64,000 nt of DNA from Oscillospiraceae bacterium (GCA_017519975.1 JAFWRM010000053.1:27176-91175), one strand, 5' to 3'; positions 27,675-37,107 are shown, counted from the first letter of the stretch. Program-made: numbers and translations. The notes: generated from the sequence alone by a model not told the origin.

Positions 27675-28466
27675 TCAGCGGATCTTATAGCTGCGGTACA
27701 TGATCGCCGCGTCGCCGTGAACGGCGCGCATGCAGTATTTTTCCCCGTCCGGAAGGCCGGACTCCACTTCGCTGCAGTCCGCCGTGCCGTCCAGGATCTC
27801 ATCGGCGCAGTCCGCGCAGTCCTGCAGGAAGGACCGAGGCATGACGCACTGGTCGTGCCCGCTGCAGAAGCCCTTCACGCCCTCCAGCGCCGTGAGCTTG
27901 TGCATGCTCCGGGCGTAGCACTCGACGGACACCGTCTGCGGTACCACCAGAAGCACATCCATGGCCTTGAGCATGCAGTCCCCGCTGAACAGCAGGCCGT
28001 TGACCCTGTCGTACAGGGTGACGTCTCCGGGCGTGTGGCCCGGCGTCTCGATCACTTCCAGCTTTCTGCCGCCCAGATCGAACACGTCTCCCTCCCGGAT
28101 GAATCTCCTCTCCGTGGGCTTTTCCTCCATCCGTTTCCGGATCGCGGCCAGTTCCTCCGGCGAGGCGACCATCCCGGTCATTTCCATGGCGATGTCCGCG
28201 CAGGGCGCCGCCGCCTCATGCATGTACACGCAGTCGAAGGCGTAGTTTCCGCCGGAGTGATCTCCGTGGCCGTGGGTGTTCACCACCCGGTAGGGAAGCT
28301 TCGTCAACTCCTCCACCTCGGCGCGCAGATCGCCGATCCCGAGGCCGGTGTCGATGAGCAGAGCGGACTCCGTGCCCTCCACCAGCCAGATGCAGCATTC
28401 AAAATCGATGCCCTTGATCAGCGTCACGCCTTCCGCGACCTTCGTCGCGGTACGTTTTTCAGCCAT
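27675..28466 (-). CDS. MBL-fold metallo-hydrolase (paralogue 2)
   Basis: NTHGHGDHSGGN (HxHxDH) and ETPGHTPGD motifs. 263 aa. Confidence 0.85.
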   Translation of the reverse strand: MAEKRTATKVAEGVTLIKGIDFECCIWLVEGTESALLIDTGLGIGDLRAEVEELTKLPYRVVNTHGHGDHSGGNYAFDCVYMHEAAAPCADIAMEMTGMVASPEELAAIRKRMEEKPTERRFIREGDVFDLGGRKLEVIETPGHTPGDVTLYDRVNGLLFSGDCMLKAMDVLLVVPQTVSVECYARSMHKLTALEGVKGFCSGHDQCVMPRSFLQDCADCADEILDGTADCSEVESGLPDGEKYCMRAVHGDAAIMYRSYKIR

Positions 28467-28477
28467 AACTATTCTCC

Positions 28478-29302
28478 TTATTTACGGTCGAAGATGACCT
28501 CGTCCTGATAGAGGATGGCCGTGGGCACGTTCTCTCCGTCCAGCTTCCAGCAGACCACCGGGGGCTGACCGGGAGGCGACGGCATTTCCGGATGGTACGG
28601 CTTTGCCGTTCCGTCGATGATGGACTCCGCCATGCGGATCAGTTCCGTCAGATATTCCTTGCCCAGAACACAGGCGTCGTGTCCGCCCAGGAACCCGTCG
28701 TAGGCGTCACCCAGCTTTTCCACCTTCCGGAGGGAGCGCAGGTAGCACTCCATGGAAACGGTGGAGAAGGTGACCCAGGGTAGGCTCCGAAGCATCCAGA
28801 TGTTGTGGGCGTTGCTGCCGATCATGTCCCCGCCGAACAGCACGCGGTGCGTACGGTCCAGCAGACAGATGCACCCGGGGGTGTGGCCCGGGGTCTCGAC
28901 GACCTCCAGCGTGACCCCGCCGAGGTCGAACACGTCGCCCTCATGGACTGGGATCCGCTTCGTATCGTACCGCGGCAGATCCTCGTATTCCACTTCCCTG
29001 GGGCAGGGCGTGGACTCCGTCTCATCCTGATCGGGATAGCAGGCGGGATGCATGTATACCTCGGGGAACTGGAAGTTGCCCGCGGAATGGTCGAAATGGC
29101 AGTGCGTGTTGATGGCGACGATCGGCTTGCCCGGCGCGAGTTTTTCCACCGCCCGATGCAGGTCTCCGGTGCCCATGCCGTTATCGATCAAGGCCACCTT
29201 CCGCTCGCCTTCCACCACGTAGATGCAGCATTCCTCGGAAAAGCCGTACAGTACCCAGATGCCGGGCATGATCTGCTTGCTTTGATATTCCTTCTGTTTC
29301 AC
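28478..29302 (-). CDS. MBL-fold metallo-hydrolase (paralogue 1)
   Basis: NTHCHFDHSAGN (HxHxDH) and ETPGHTPGC motifs. 274 aa, 11 nt from the next MBL gene. Confidence 0.85.
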   Translation of the reverse strand: MKQKEYQSKQIMPGIWVLYGFSEECCIYVVEGERKVALIDNGMGTGDLHRAVEKLAPGKPIVAINTHCHFDHSAGNFQFPEVYMHPACYPDQDETESTPCPREVEYEDLPRYDTKRIPVHEGDVFDLGGVTLEVVETPGHTPGCICLLDRTHRVLFGGDMIGSNAHNIWMLRSLPWVTFSTVSMECYLRSLRKVEKLGDAYDGFLGGHDACVLGKEYLTELIRMAESIIDGTAKPYHPEMPSPPGQPPVVCWKLDGENVPTAILYQDEVIFDRK

Positions 29303-29345
29303 GCGATACTCCTTCCCAGCGGACGCCGGTGCGCGCCGGCAGTCA

Positions 29346-30752
29346 TCAGAACCAGTTCATCGTCAGGTAGCCGATCACCGTAAAGATCACGATGCCCATG
29401 ACGATCTGGGGCGCGGCTTCCTTCAGGATCTCCTTGCTGTCGATCCAGCCGTCGGGCTCCTTGGCGTACAGCAGAGTCAGCAGCGGAGAGCAGGCGGGCA
29501 GCAGCATGCCGTAGGCAGCCGCCTTCATCATGATCGCCTGCAGGCCGAGGTGGTTCACGCCGATCGTGTGAGCGATGGTCATGGTCAGCACGCAGAACAC
29601 GAGGGACGTGATGGCGCTGTCCAGCAGGTTGGTGACAACGACGGCCAGGACGACCAGCAGCAGGACCGCAACGAACGGGCTGACACTGCCGAGGATGGGG
29701 GAGAACAGACCGACGAGCCAGTCGGACACGCCGTACTCCGGAGCGCTCATGGAGCCGCAGATGACCTGGATGGCGGCCAGCATGAGGATCAGCTGCCAGG
29801 ACAGGCCGCTCTTTTCGATCTCAGCGAAAGGCATGAACGGAGTGCCGTTCTTCTTATGGATAAGCAGGGCGACGATGACGGTCAGGAAGCCGAAGCCGAT
29901 GAGGCCCCACTGGCCTTCCAGCACGTTGCGCACGCCGCTGCCCTGAGGCAGGAACGCGGGGATGAAAACGAGAAGCACGAAGCACAGCAGCAGGATGCCG
30001 GCGATCTTCTGATCGACGGTGAAGGGGACCTTCTCCGCCGGCGCCTTGTATTCACGCAGCTTTTCCACGTCGGGCCGGAACACGAACCGGACCAGCAGAA
30101 CGTTGCATACCAGGAACACGGCCAGCATGATCAGGGAGGCGCCGGTGTAGGTCAGCGGCTTCCAGACGACGCTGGGATCCATGGCGGTGATCATTCCCAC
30201 GGCGGGAATGACGCCCGTGGACAGGTGAGAGCTCATCATGCCGACGGTGGCGGCGGAGCAGATGGCGATCAGAATGACCTTCGGGGTCTTGTCGCCCTTG
30301 TCATAGCCGCAGCTCTCGAAGATGCCGTAGGCCAGATCCCAGATGACCAGAACGACGGCCATGCCGGGCAGCACCAGGCTCAGGACCGCGGCCACGACCA
30401 TCAGCAGCGTGATGATGACCCAGGGCTTGCCGTTGGCAAATTTGGTGTTGACCATCTTCATGGCGATGGCCTTGGTGAATCCCGTGCTCATCATGATGCC
30501 GCAGATCATCAGCAGCGGCAGCAGCATGACGACGATGTAGCTTCCCAGGCCCTGCATGAAGGAAGCGGCGATGCCGTTTCCGCTGATGAAGCCCATGGCG
30601 ATGAAGCCGATCAGAGTGGGGATCACCATGTCGATGGTGCACCAGCCCCATACGCAGGACACCAGCAGCGCCAGGTTCTGCAGACCCTTGCGGGTCAGAG
30701 GACCGTCGGCCGCCAGAGGCAGATTCGAAATGATCAGATACAGGATGATCAT
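29346..30752 (-). CDS. Ion-transporter-superfamily permease (DASS/ArsB-NhaD/CitMHS-like anion carrier)
   Basis: 468 aa, more than 10 hydrophobic helices, internal two-fold pattern. No RBS precedes the ATG at 30752. The frame continues upstream through a TAG to an RBS-ATG at 30800 (see the next feature). Confidence 0.75.
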   Translation of the reverse strand: MIILYLIISNLPLAADGPLTRKGLQNLALLVSCVWGWCTIDMVIPTLIGFIAMGFISGNGIAASFMQGLGSYIVVMLLPLLMICGIMMSTGFTKAIAMKMVNTKFANGKPWVIITLLMVVAAVLSLVLPGMAVVLVIWDLAYGIFESCGYDKGDKTPKVILIAICSAATVGMMSSHLSTGVIPAVGMITAMDPSVVWKPLTYTGASLIMLAVFLVCNVLLVRFVFRPDVEKLREYKAPAEKVPFTVDQKIAGILLLCFVLLVFIPAFLPQGSGVRNVLEGQWGLIGFGFLTVIVALLIHKKNGTPFMPFAEIEKSGLSWQLILMLAAIQVICGSMSAPEYGVSDWLVGLFSPILGSVSPFVAVLLLVVLAVVVTNLLDSAITSLVFCVLTMTIAHTIGVNHLGLQAIMMKAAAYGMLLPACSPLLTLLYAKEPDGWIDSKEILKEAAPQIVMGIVIFTVIGYLTMNWF

Positions 30753-30773
30753 GATCAGGAAGCTGCCGTAAAA

Positions 30774-30812
30774 CTATGTGTTCTTACCGAGTTTTCGCAT
30801 GTTGTTCCTCCT
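30774..30812 (-). other. RBS + ATG + 7 codons + in-frame TAG immediately upstream of the permease ORF (recoding site, nonsense lesion or 8-codon leader uORF)
   Basis: Minus strand: AGGAGG (30812-30807), AACAAC, then ATG CGA AAA CTC GGT AAG AAC ACA TAG (TAG at 30776-30774), then TTT TAC GGC AGC TTC CTG ATC ATG (30752). All of it is in one frame. Confidence 0.6.
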
Positions 30813-30910
30813 AACGTGTTTCCTTTTCTCTCTTCTTGCGCGCCAGGAAGGCGCGCCCGGGTCCCCTCCTCCGACCGCCGCCGAAAGAGGCTCCTACAGG
30901 TAGTAATGTT

Positions 30911-30925
30911 ACAATAGCGCATTGT
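30911..30925. promoter_or_regulatory. 15-bp dyad in the divergent LysR/permease control region
   Basis: ACAAT-AGCGC-ATTGT overlaps the TTGACA/TTGACT -35-like hexamers of the minus-strand operon. It is a candidate LysR-type operator. Confidence 0.3.
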
Positions 30926-31064
30926 TCAAAGTCAATGTCAGAGCCCCGGCGCGGCTACCAATTATCCGTTTTGATTAACCAAAGTAAAACTTGATACCCT
31001 TGCGATGCCTATGATAAAATGAGAGCGGAACAATCGGAAACCCCACCGGAAGAGGAGTGATCCC

Positions 31065-31988
31065 GTGCTGTCCTTCGAGTATATCCGTTACTTTCTGGAA
31101 GCGTGCGACTGCGGCAGCATCCAGGCAGCTTCGAAAAAGCTGTTTCTCTCCGCCCAGGGGCTCGGTGCGGGGATCCAGCGCCTGGAAAACTCGCTTGGCC
31201 TGAAGCTGCTCGTGCGTTCCAAGTCCGGCGTGACGCCGACGCAGTTCGGGAAGGAGTTCTATCTGTACGCTTCCCGTCTGGCGGAGGACATGGATCAGCT
31301 GGAGCAGTTCTGCCAGGAATACCGGAAGAGCCAGGCGTCGGACACGCTGATCGGCGTGGTGGGAGACAACAAGTTCGCCAGTTCGATCACGCTGTGCGCC
31401 GAACTGTACAGCCGTGACCATCCGGATCGGCCGACGAACGTTTCCGCCATCTCCTTTGAAAGCTCCGAATCCCTGCAGGAAGCCCTCCGCGCGGGCGAAC
31501 TCGACGCCGCCTGGGTCTTTCACCGCGAGGAGCAGCCGGGGTTCATCTACCGTCGGATCGACGAATACAGCCCGCTGGTACTGATCTGCAGCGCAGACTG
31601 CAGCCTTGCGGGCCGAAGCTCGGTCTCCCTTCAGGATCTGGGCGCGCTGCGGTTCATACAGGCCGGGCGGGCGGATTCCATCACGGAGCTCGTCAGCCGG
31701 CTGTTCACGGAGGCCGGCGTACGTCAGGACATCTTCATGTATTCCACGGAAAACATCATGATCGGCAAGCTGATCGACGACGGCATCGCCGCCATCCTTC
31801 TCCGTGACTGCTACGCCCCGGCCGTTGTCAAGCACTGTACCCGCTGCGCCGTCGTCCCGCTGGAGCCGGAGGTACTCGTGGCAAGCTCCCTGATATCCAG
31901 AGCACCGCGGTCCCGCCATTCGGTCCAGAGCAAGTTTTTCGACTACATGGCCGACTACCTCCACCAGCATCTTTTCACCTACCGCTGA
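31065..31988 (+). CDS. LysR-family transcriptional regulator
   Basis: GTG start after GGAAGAGGAG. HTH GSIQAASKKLFLSAQGLGAGIQRLENSLGLKLL. 307 aa. Divergent from the permease operon and upstream of the GRE genes. Confidence 0.85.
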   Translation: MLSFEYIRYFLEACDCGSIQAASKKLFLSAQGLGAGIQRLENSLGLKLLVRSKSGVTPTQFGKEFYLYASRLAEDMDQLEQFCQEYRKSQASDTLIGVVGDNKFASSITLCAELYSRDHPDRPTNVSAISFESSESLQEALRAGELDAAWVFHREEQPGFIYRRIDEYSPLVLICSADCSLAGRSSVSLQDLGALRFIQAGRADSITELVSRLFTEAGVRQDIFMYSTENIMIGKLIDDGIAAILLRDCYAPAVVKHCTRCAVVPLEPEVLVASSLISRAPRSRHSVQSKFFDYMADYLHQHLFTYR

Positions 31989-32009
31989 ATCCCCATCCCC
32001 GCGAACCTG

Positions 32010-32040
32010 CCGCCGCCCGGAAGCCCGGGCGGCGGTTTTC
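32010..32040 (+). terminator. Rho-independent terminator after LysR
   Basis: CCGCCGCCCGG-AAGC-CCGGGCGGCGG followed by TTTTC. Confidence 0.7.
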
Positions 32041-32170
32041 TACCAACAACAAAAAGTTTTCTCTCCCACAACAAATATATGCTTTGTCATCGCCCCGTTT
32101 TCGTTTAGTATTGTTGATATAAAATGGTAGCACTGCATCGCGGCGCGTTTTCAGGAAGGAGTGAGCTGCC

Positions 32171-34594
32171 ATGTATGAACTGAAGCCCGTCACCGACCGG
32201 GTAAAGAAAATGCGGGAGAAGTACCGCACCACCAAGCCAGAGATCTGTACCGCCCGATACCGGCTGGTGACGGAATTCTATATGAACAATCCGCACCTGA
32301 CGGGCATCCTCAAGCGCGCGAAAAATCTGCAGAACATCTGTGAGAACATCCCCGTGAACATCTATGAGGATGAGGTGATCGTCGGAGAGCAGGGATTCAA
32401 GTACCGTTCCTGCGCTCTGTACCCGGAGACGGGCTTTGCCTGGATCAAATCCGAGATCGACACCCTGCCCACCCGGTATGTGGATCCCTACGACATTTCG
32501 GAAGAAAACAAGCGGTACATCCTGGACACCTATGATTTCTGGCTGACCCACACCCACGGGGCTCAGGCGGACGCCTATGTGCCGGACTTCCTGTACGCCC
32601 ACGAGGGCAACGGGGTGACGACGTTCCGTTCCAGGGGCGGGCACGCCGCTCCCGTCGGGCATTTCTGCGCCAACCACAACAAGGCCATCCACAAGGGCTT
32701 CGGCGCCATCAAGGCCGAAGCGGACCGGAAGGTGAAGGAGCTGGAGGCTCAGGGAATTCCGGGAACGACGATCGACAACTATAATTTCTACCGCGCCGTT
32801 TCCATCGTCTGCTCCGCCGTCATCACCCTGACGAAACGCTACGCGGCGGAAGCCCGCCGCCAGTGGGAGGCCTGCGCCGACCCCGGCCGCCGGAAAGAGC
32901 TGGCCATGATGGTCGATACGCTGGAGCGCGTGATCGAAAATCCGTGCGAGACCTTCTACGACGGCCTGCAGTGCCTGTTCATGTATCAGACCGTACTGGC
33001 GCTGGACGGCAACCTGCACGGGCTCTCCTTCGGGCGTGTGGATCAGTACCTGATCGACCTTTACGAGGCGGACGTCGCCGCCGGCCGCATCACACCGGAA
33101 TACGCCCAGGAGCTGCTGGACCTGTTCTACCTCAAGGTCGCGGAAATGAACAAGGTCGTGGGCCTGCTGCCCACGGAATCCGGCCCGGGCTACACCAGCG
33201 GACAGCTGATGACTTTGGGCGGGACGGACCGTGACGGGAACGACGCCACCAACGCCGTGACCTACATGATGCTGCAGACCGCCGGTCGTCTGGTCCTCCA
33301 CGATCCCCCGCAGGCGCTGCGGATCCACCCCGGCACCCCCGCGGAACTCTGGGAGGCGGCCATCCAGACCACGAAGATCTCCGGCGGCGTTCCCACCTTC
33401 GAAAACGACGCGGTGATCGTCCCCGCCCTGATGAAGCGCGGCCTGTCGGCCGAAAGCGCCCGCAACTACTGCCTGATCGGCTGCGTGGAGCCTGCCGGCT
33501 GCGGCGACGAATGGCCCGCCTGCGGAGGCCCCGGCGCAGAGAGCTACTTCAACCTGGCCAACGCCCTGTACCTGGCGATCAACGACGGCTTCAACCCCAT
33601 GCCCAGCCGCGGAGGCCCTCCGCGGAAGGAACGCGTCGGTCTTCCCACCGGGTACCTGAAGGACATGCCGGACATGGCCCACGTTTACGACGCCTTCCGC
33701 CGGCAGGTGGAGTTCTTTGTGAATCTTCACTGCGCCTGCGCCAACTCCTATGAGTACACGACCCGCGAGGCGATGCCGCTTCCCGTGGTATCGGCCACCA
33801 TCGACGGCTGCATGGAAAAGGGGCTGGACGTCATGTACGGCGGAGCGAAGTACAACTCCACCGGCATCGCCGGCATCGCGCTGGGCAACGCCGCGGACTC
33901 TCTGCAGATGATCGAGCATCTGGTGTTCGACCGGAAGATCTGTACCGCCGAGGAGCTGCAGGACGCCCTGGCGAAGAACTGGGAGGGGTATGAAGCGCTG
34001 CACGAATACGTGAAGACGAAGGCTCCCCATTACGGCAACAACGATCCGGAGGCGGACAAGTACGTCACACCCATCACGGAGATGTTCGCGAAGGCCGTTA
34101 CCTCCCATACGGGGCCGCGCGGCAACCGCTTTGCGCCCGGCATGTATCCGGTGACGACGAACATTCTGTTCGGCAAGCAGACGCCCGCTACTCCGGACGG
34201 CCGCTTCCGCGGCGAGCCTCTGGCGGACGGGATCTCCCCCGTGCAGGGGCAGGACAGGCACGGCCCCACTGCGCTGCTGTCTTCGATCCTTCACTTCAGC
34301 AACCAGAGCGACTATTCCAACGGCACCCTGCTGAACATGAAATTCGATCCCAACTCCGTGAAGACGGAGCAGGACATCGGCAAGCTGGCCACTCTGATGA
34401 AGACCTATTTCGCCAACGGCGGCATGGAGATGCAGATCAACGTGGTGGATACCCGGACCATGCGGCGGGCGCAGGAACATCCAGAGGAATACCGGGACCT
34501 GGTGGTGCGCATCGCGGGCTTTTCCGCCTACTTCGTGGAGCTGGCTCCCGAGGGCCAGCACGATCTCATCAGCCGCACGGAACTGAATCTCTGA
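32171..34594 (+). CDS. Glycyl radical enzyme with canonical eliminase/dehydratase-type motifs, substrate unknown (GRE2)
   Basis: 807 aa. GH motif (VGHFCANH, His164), GRVDQY, Cys loop LIGCVEPAG (Cys438 codon 33482-33484, Glu440) and glycyl motif VVRIAGFSAYF. GGAAGGAG RBS. Confidence 0.9.
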   Translation: MYELKPVTDRVKKMREKYRTTKPEICTARYRLVTEFYMNNPHLTGILKRAKNLQNICENIPVNIYEDEVIVGEQGFKYRSCALYPETGFAWIKSEIDTLPTRYVDPYDISEENKRYILDTYDFWLTHTHGAQADAYVPDFLYAHEGNGVTTFRSRGGHAAPVGHFCANHNKAIHKGFGAIKAEADRKVKELEAQGIPGTTIDNYNFYRAVSIVCSAVITLTKRYAAEARRQWEACADPGRRKELAMMVDTLERVIENPCETFYDGLQCLFMYQTVLALDGNLHGLSFGRVDQYLIDLYEADVAAGRITPEYAQELLDLFYLKVAEMNKVVGLLPTESGPGYTSGQLMTLGGTDRDGNDATNAVTYMMLQTAGRLVLHDPPQALRIHPGTPAELWEAAIQTTKISGGVPTFENDAVIVPALMKRGLSAESARNYCLIGCVEPAGCGDEWPACGGPGAESYFNLANALYLAINDGFNPMPSRGGPPRKERVGLPTGYLKDMPDMAHVYDAFRRQVEFFVNLHCACANSYEYTTREAMPLPVVSATIDGCMEKGLDVMYGGAKYNSTGIAGIALGNAADSLQMIEHLVFDRKICTAEELQDALAKNWEGYEALHEYVKTKAPHYGNNDPEADKYVTPITEMFAKAVTSHTGPRGNRFAPGMYPVTTNILFGKQTPATPDGRFRGEPLADGISPVQGQDRHGPTALLSSILHFSNQSDYSNGTLLNMKFDPNSVKTEQDIGKLATLMKTYFANGGMEMQINVVDTRTMRRAQEHPEEYRDLVVRIAGFSAYFVELAPEGQHDLISRTELNL

Positions 34595-34655
34595 TCCTTC
34601 CGGGGATCGATACCATACAGGCAACCATAAAACTACGAACAAACAGACAAGGAGC

Positions 34656-37082
34656 GTGGACCCATTGACGGACAGACTGAAGCGGATGTACAGTCAGATC
34701 AAAACCAATTACCAGCACATCGGCATCGAAAAATTCAAAATCATCACCAGGACCGAAGCGGAGTGCGCCGGCTATCCGGCCATCCTTCGCCGCGGCCAGA
34801 CCCTGAAGAACGTGCTGGAACAGTTCCCCATCTTCATCGGGGAGGACGAACTATTCGTCGGCAACCCGGCCAGCAAGCCCTGGGGTCTGGAGATCGAAGC
34901 CGGCCTGGGCAAATGGAGCCGGGAAGAGTGCGAATACCTCCGGGAGGACGGGTTCGATTTCAGTGAAGAGGACCAGGAGGAGATGCTGCGCATCAACGAG
35001 CAGTTCCATCCCTTCGGCATGTATCAGGGAGCGAATCTGATCATCGCGGAGAACGACCGCCTGGACGTGTTTGCCCGCAGCGGCATGATGCTGGCCCCCT
35101 GGAAGAAGGACAAGACTCTGGGCAACCGCGTGGGCGGCGGCGCCGCCTGCTCCGGTCTGGGCAACGGCCCCGGCTGGAACCTGCTGTGCATCGATTACGG
35201 ACTGGCACTGAACAAGGGCCTGGACGCCATGATCGCGGAATGCGATGAGGAGATCCAGAACAACCGCTATTTCGACAAGCGTTCCTTTGAGCGCGGCATC
35301 ACCCTGCAGGCCATGAAGCTGTCGCTTCAGGGACTGGTCAATTACGCAAAGCGCTTTTCCGTCCTCGCCGCGGAGATGGCCGAAGCGGAGTCCGATCCCC
35401 GCCGGAAAAAGGAGCTTGAGGAGATCTCCGCGATCTGCGCCAACGTGCCGGCGAAGCCCGCCCGCACCTTCCGTGAGGCCATGCAGTGCTTCTGGTTCAT
35501 GTTCATGATGGTGAACCCGGCGCCCACTCCCACCATCGGGCGCTTCGACCAGTACATGTACCCCTTCTACAAGGCGGACATCGAAGCCGGCCGCATCACG
35601 GACGACGAGGTGCTGGAACTGCTGGGCATGCTGCGCATCCGCTGCATGGAGATGAACCAGCAGTCCGGCCGCGAAATCCGCAAGAGGACCTCCGGCGGCG
35701 CCCGTTGGATGAACATGACCATCGGCGGCGTCAAGCCCGACGGCAGCGACGCCTGCAACGAGCTGACCCGTCTGATCCTTCAGGCGGTGCGCGACGTCCG
35801 CGCCCCGCATCACACCGTCACGCTGCGCGTGAGCGATTCCACCCCGGACGACGTGATGCTTCTCGCTCTGACCTGCCAGGCGGAGGGCTGCTCCATGCCC
35901 GCCTTCGTCGGCGACAAGTCCTACATTGATTACTTCACCCAGGTGCACAACCCGGACGACGGTCTCCCGATCGAGGTCGCCCGCGATTACTGCATGACCG
36001 GCTGCATCGACGGCAACGTACAGTACCGCACGCGCACGATGGGCATCACCATGTTCGTCTGCCCGCTGATGCTGGACATCTTCATGAACAACGGCTGGGA
36101 TAAGAACATTGAGGAGCAGGTGGGCCATCCCATCACCGGGGATCTGACGAAGTATGAGACCTTCGACCAGTTCATGGCGGACTTCCTGTCCGAATACCGT
36201 TATTTCGTGGAGACCGCGGCCGAAAAGCTGAACATCGAGAGCGCCGTTTTCAAGGAGCTGCTTCCCGATCCCTTCCGCGCCGCCTTCATGGCCAACGGCA
36301 TCAAGTCCGGTCTGGACTGCTACGCGCAGGAGTATCCGTTCGAAAGCAACCAGCTGCTCAATCCTGTGGGCATGGTGAACCTGGCCCAGTGCCTGTACGC
36401 GATCAAAAAGCTCTGCTTTGAGGAAAAGGTGTGCACGCTGCCCGAGATGAAGAAGGCCATGGACGCCAACTGGGAAGGCTATGAGGACCTGCACCGCCGC
36501 TGCCTGGAGCTGCCTCACTACGGCAACGGCAACGAGGACGCCGACGACATGGTGCGTCAGTGCTACCGCTGGTGGGTGGACATCGCCAACCAGACGCCGT
36601 CCTCTCTGGGCGGGCATTTCCGCTGCTCCGCCATCTCCGTTACCAGTCATCAGCCCGGCGGCGCTCTGTGCGGCGCGATGCCGGACGGCCGTTACAAAGG
36701 CGACATTCTGGCCGACGCCTGCGCTTCCCCCATGGCCGGCTGTGACCACGAGGGTCCGCTGGCGGTGTTTACCTCCGCCATGAAGATCCCGCAGGATGAG
36801 TTCCAGGCCATGTTGCTGAACATGAAGTTCTCCCCCAGCGCTCTTGCCACCGACCGCGACAAGATGAAGCTGGCCAGCGTCATCAAGGCGTACTTCGCCA
36901 ACGGCGGCAAGCACGTTCAGTTCATCGTGGAGGATCAGGAGACACTGAAAGACGCCAAGGAGCATCCGGAGAACCACAGCGATCTGATGGTGCGTGTGGC
37001 CGGATACAGCACGTATTTCGTACAGCTGACGCCCGGCCTGCAGGACGAGGTCATCGCCCGCACGGAGAACACCCATATCTGA
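34656..37082 (+). CDS. Divergent glycyl radical enzyme lacking Cys-x-Glu and Gly-His motifs, substrate unknown (GRE3)
   Basis: 808 aa. Glycyl motif MVRVAGYSTYF and GRFDQY are present. The Cys loop is MTGCIDGN (Cys450 codon 36003-36005, Asp452). The GH segment is replaced by GNGPGWNLLCIDYG. The GTG at 34656 is 1 nt after AAGGAG, so the in-frame TTG at 34665 is an alternative start. Confidence 0.9.
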   Translation: MDPLTDRLKRMYSQIKTNYQHIGIEKFKIITRTEAECAGYPAILRRGQTLKNVLEQFPIFIGEDELFVGNPASKPWGLEIEAGLGKWSREECEYLREDGFDFSEEDQEEMLRINEQFHPFGMYQGANLIIAENDRLDVFARSGMMLAPWKKDKTLGNRVGGGAACSGLGNGPGWNLLCIDYGLALNKGLDAMIAECDEEIQNNRYFDKRSFERGITLQAMKLSLQGLVNYAKRFSVLAAEMAEAESDPRRKKELEEISAICANVPAKPARTFREAMQCFWFMFMMVNPAPTPTIGRFDQYMYPFYKADIEAGRITDDEVLELLGMLRIRCMEMNQQSGREIRKRTSGGARWMNMTIGGVKPDGSDACNELTRLILQAVRDVRAPHHTVTLRVSDSTPDDVMLLALTCQAEGCSMPAFVGDKSYIDYFTQVHNPDDGLPIEVARDYCMTGCIDGNVQYRTRTMGITMFVCPLMLDIFMNNGWDKNIEEQVGHPITGDLTKYETFDQFMADFLSEYRYFVETAAEKLNIESAVFKELLPDPFRAAFMANGIKSGLDCYAQEYPFESNQLLNPVGMVNLAQCLYAIKKLCFEEKVCTLPEMKKAMDANWEGYEDLHRRCLELPHYGNGNEDADDMVRQCYRWWVDIANQTPSSLGGHFRCSAISVTSHQPGGALCGAMPDGRYKGDILADACASPMAGCDHEGPLAVFTSAMKIPQDEFQAMLLNMKFSPSALATDRDKMKLASVIKAYFANGGKHVQFIVEDQETLKDAKEHPENHSDLMVRVAGYSTYFVQLTPGLQDEVIARTENTHI

Positions 37083-37107
37083 TCATCCCCAAAGGAGTTG
37101 ATTTGTC

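Noticed and set aside
32171-34594. Assigning GRE2 to a specific known enzyme (glycerol/propanediol dehydratase, HypD, CutC, or isethionate/DHPS sulfo-lyase) on the basis of its GCVEP and GH motifs.
   Set aside because: These motifs are shared by all eliminase-type GREs. The substrate-defining residues cannot be aligned reliably by eye, and none of the pathway-specific accessory genes is present.
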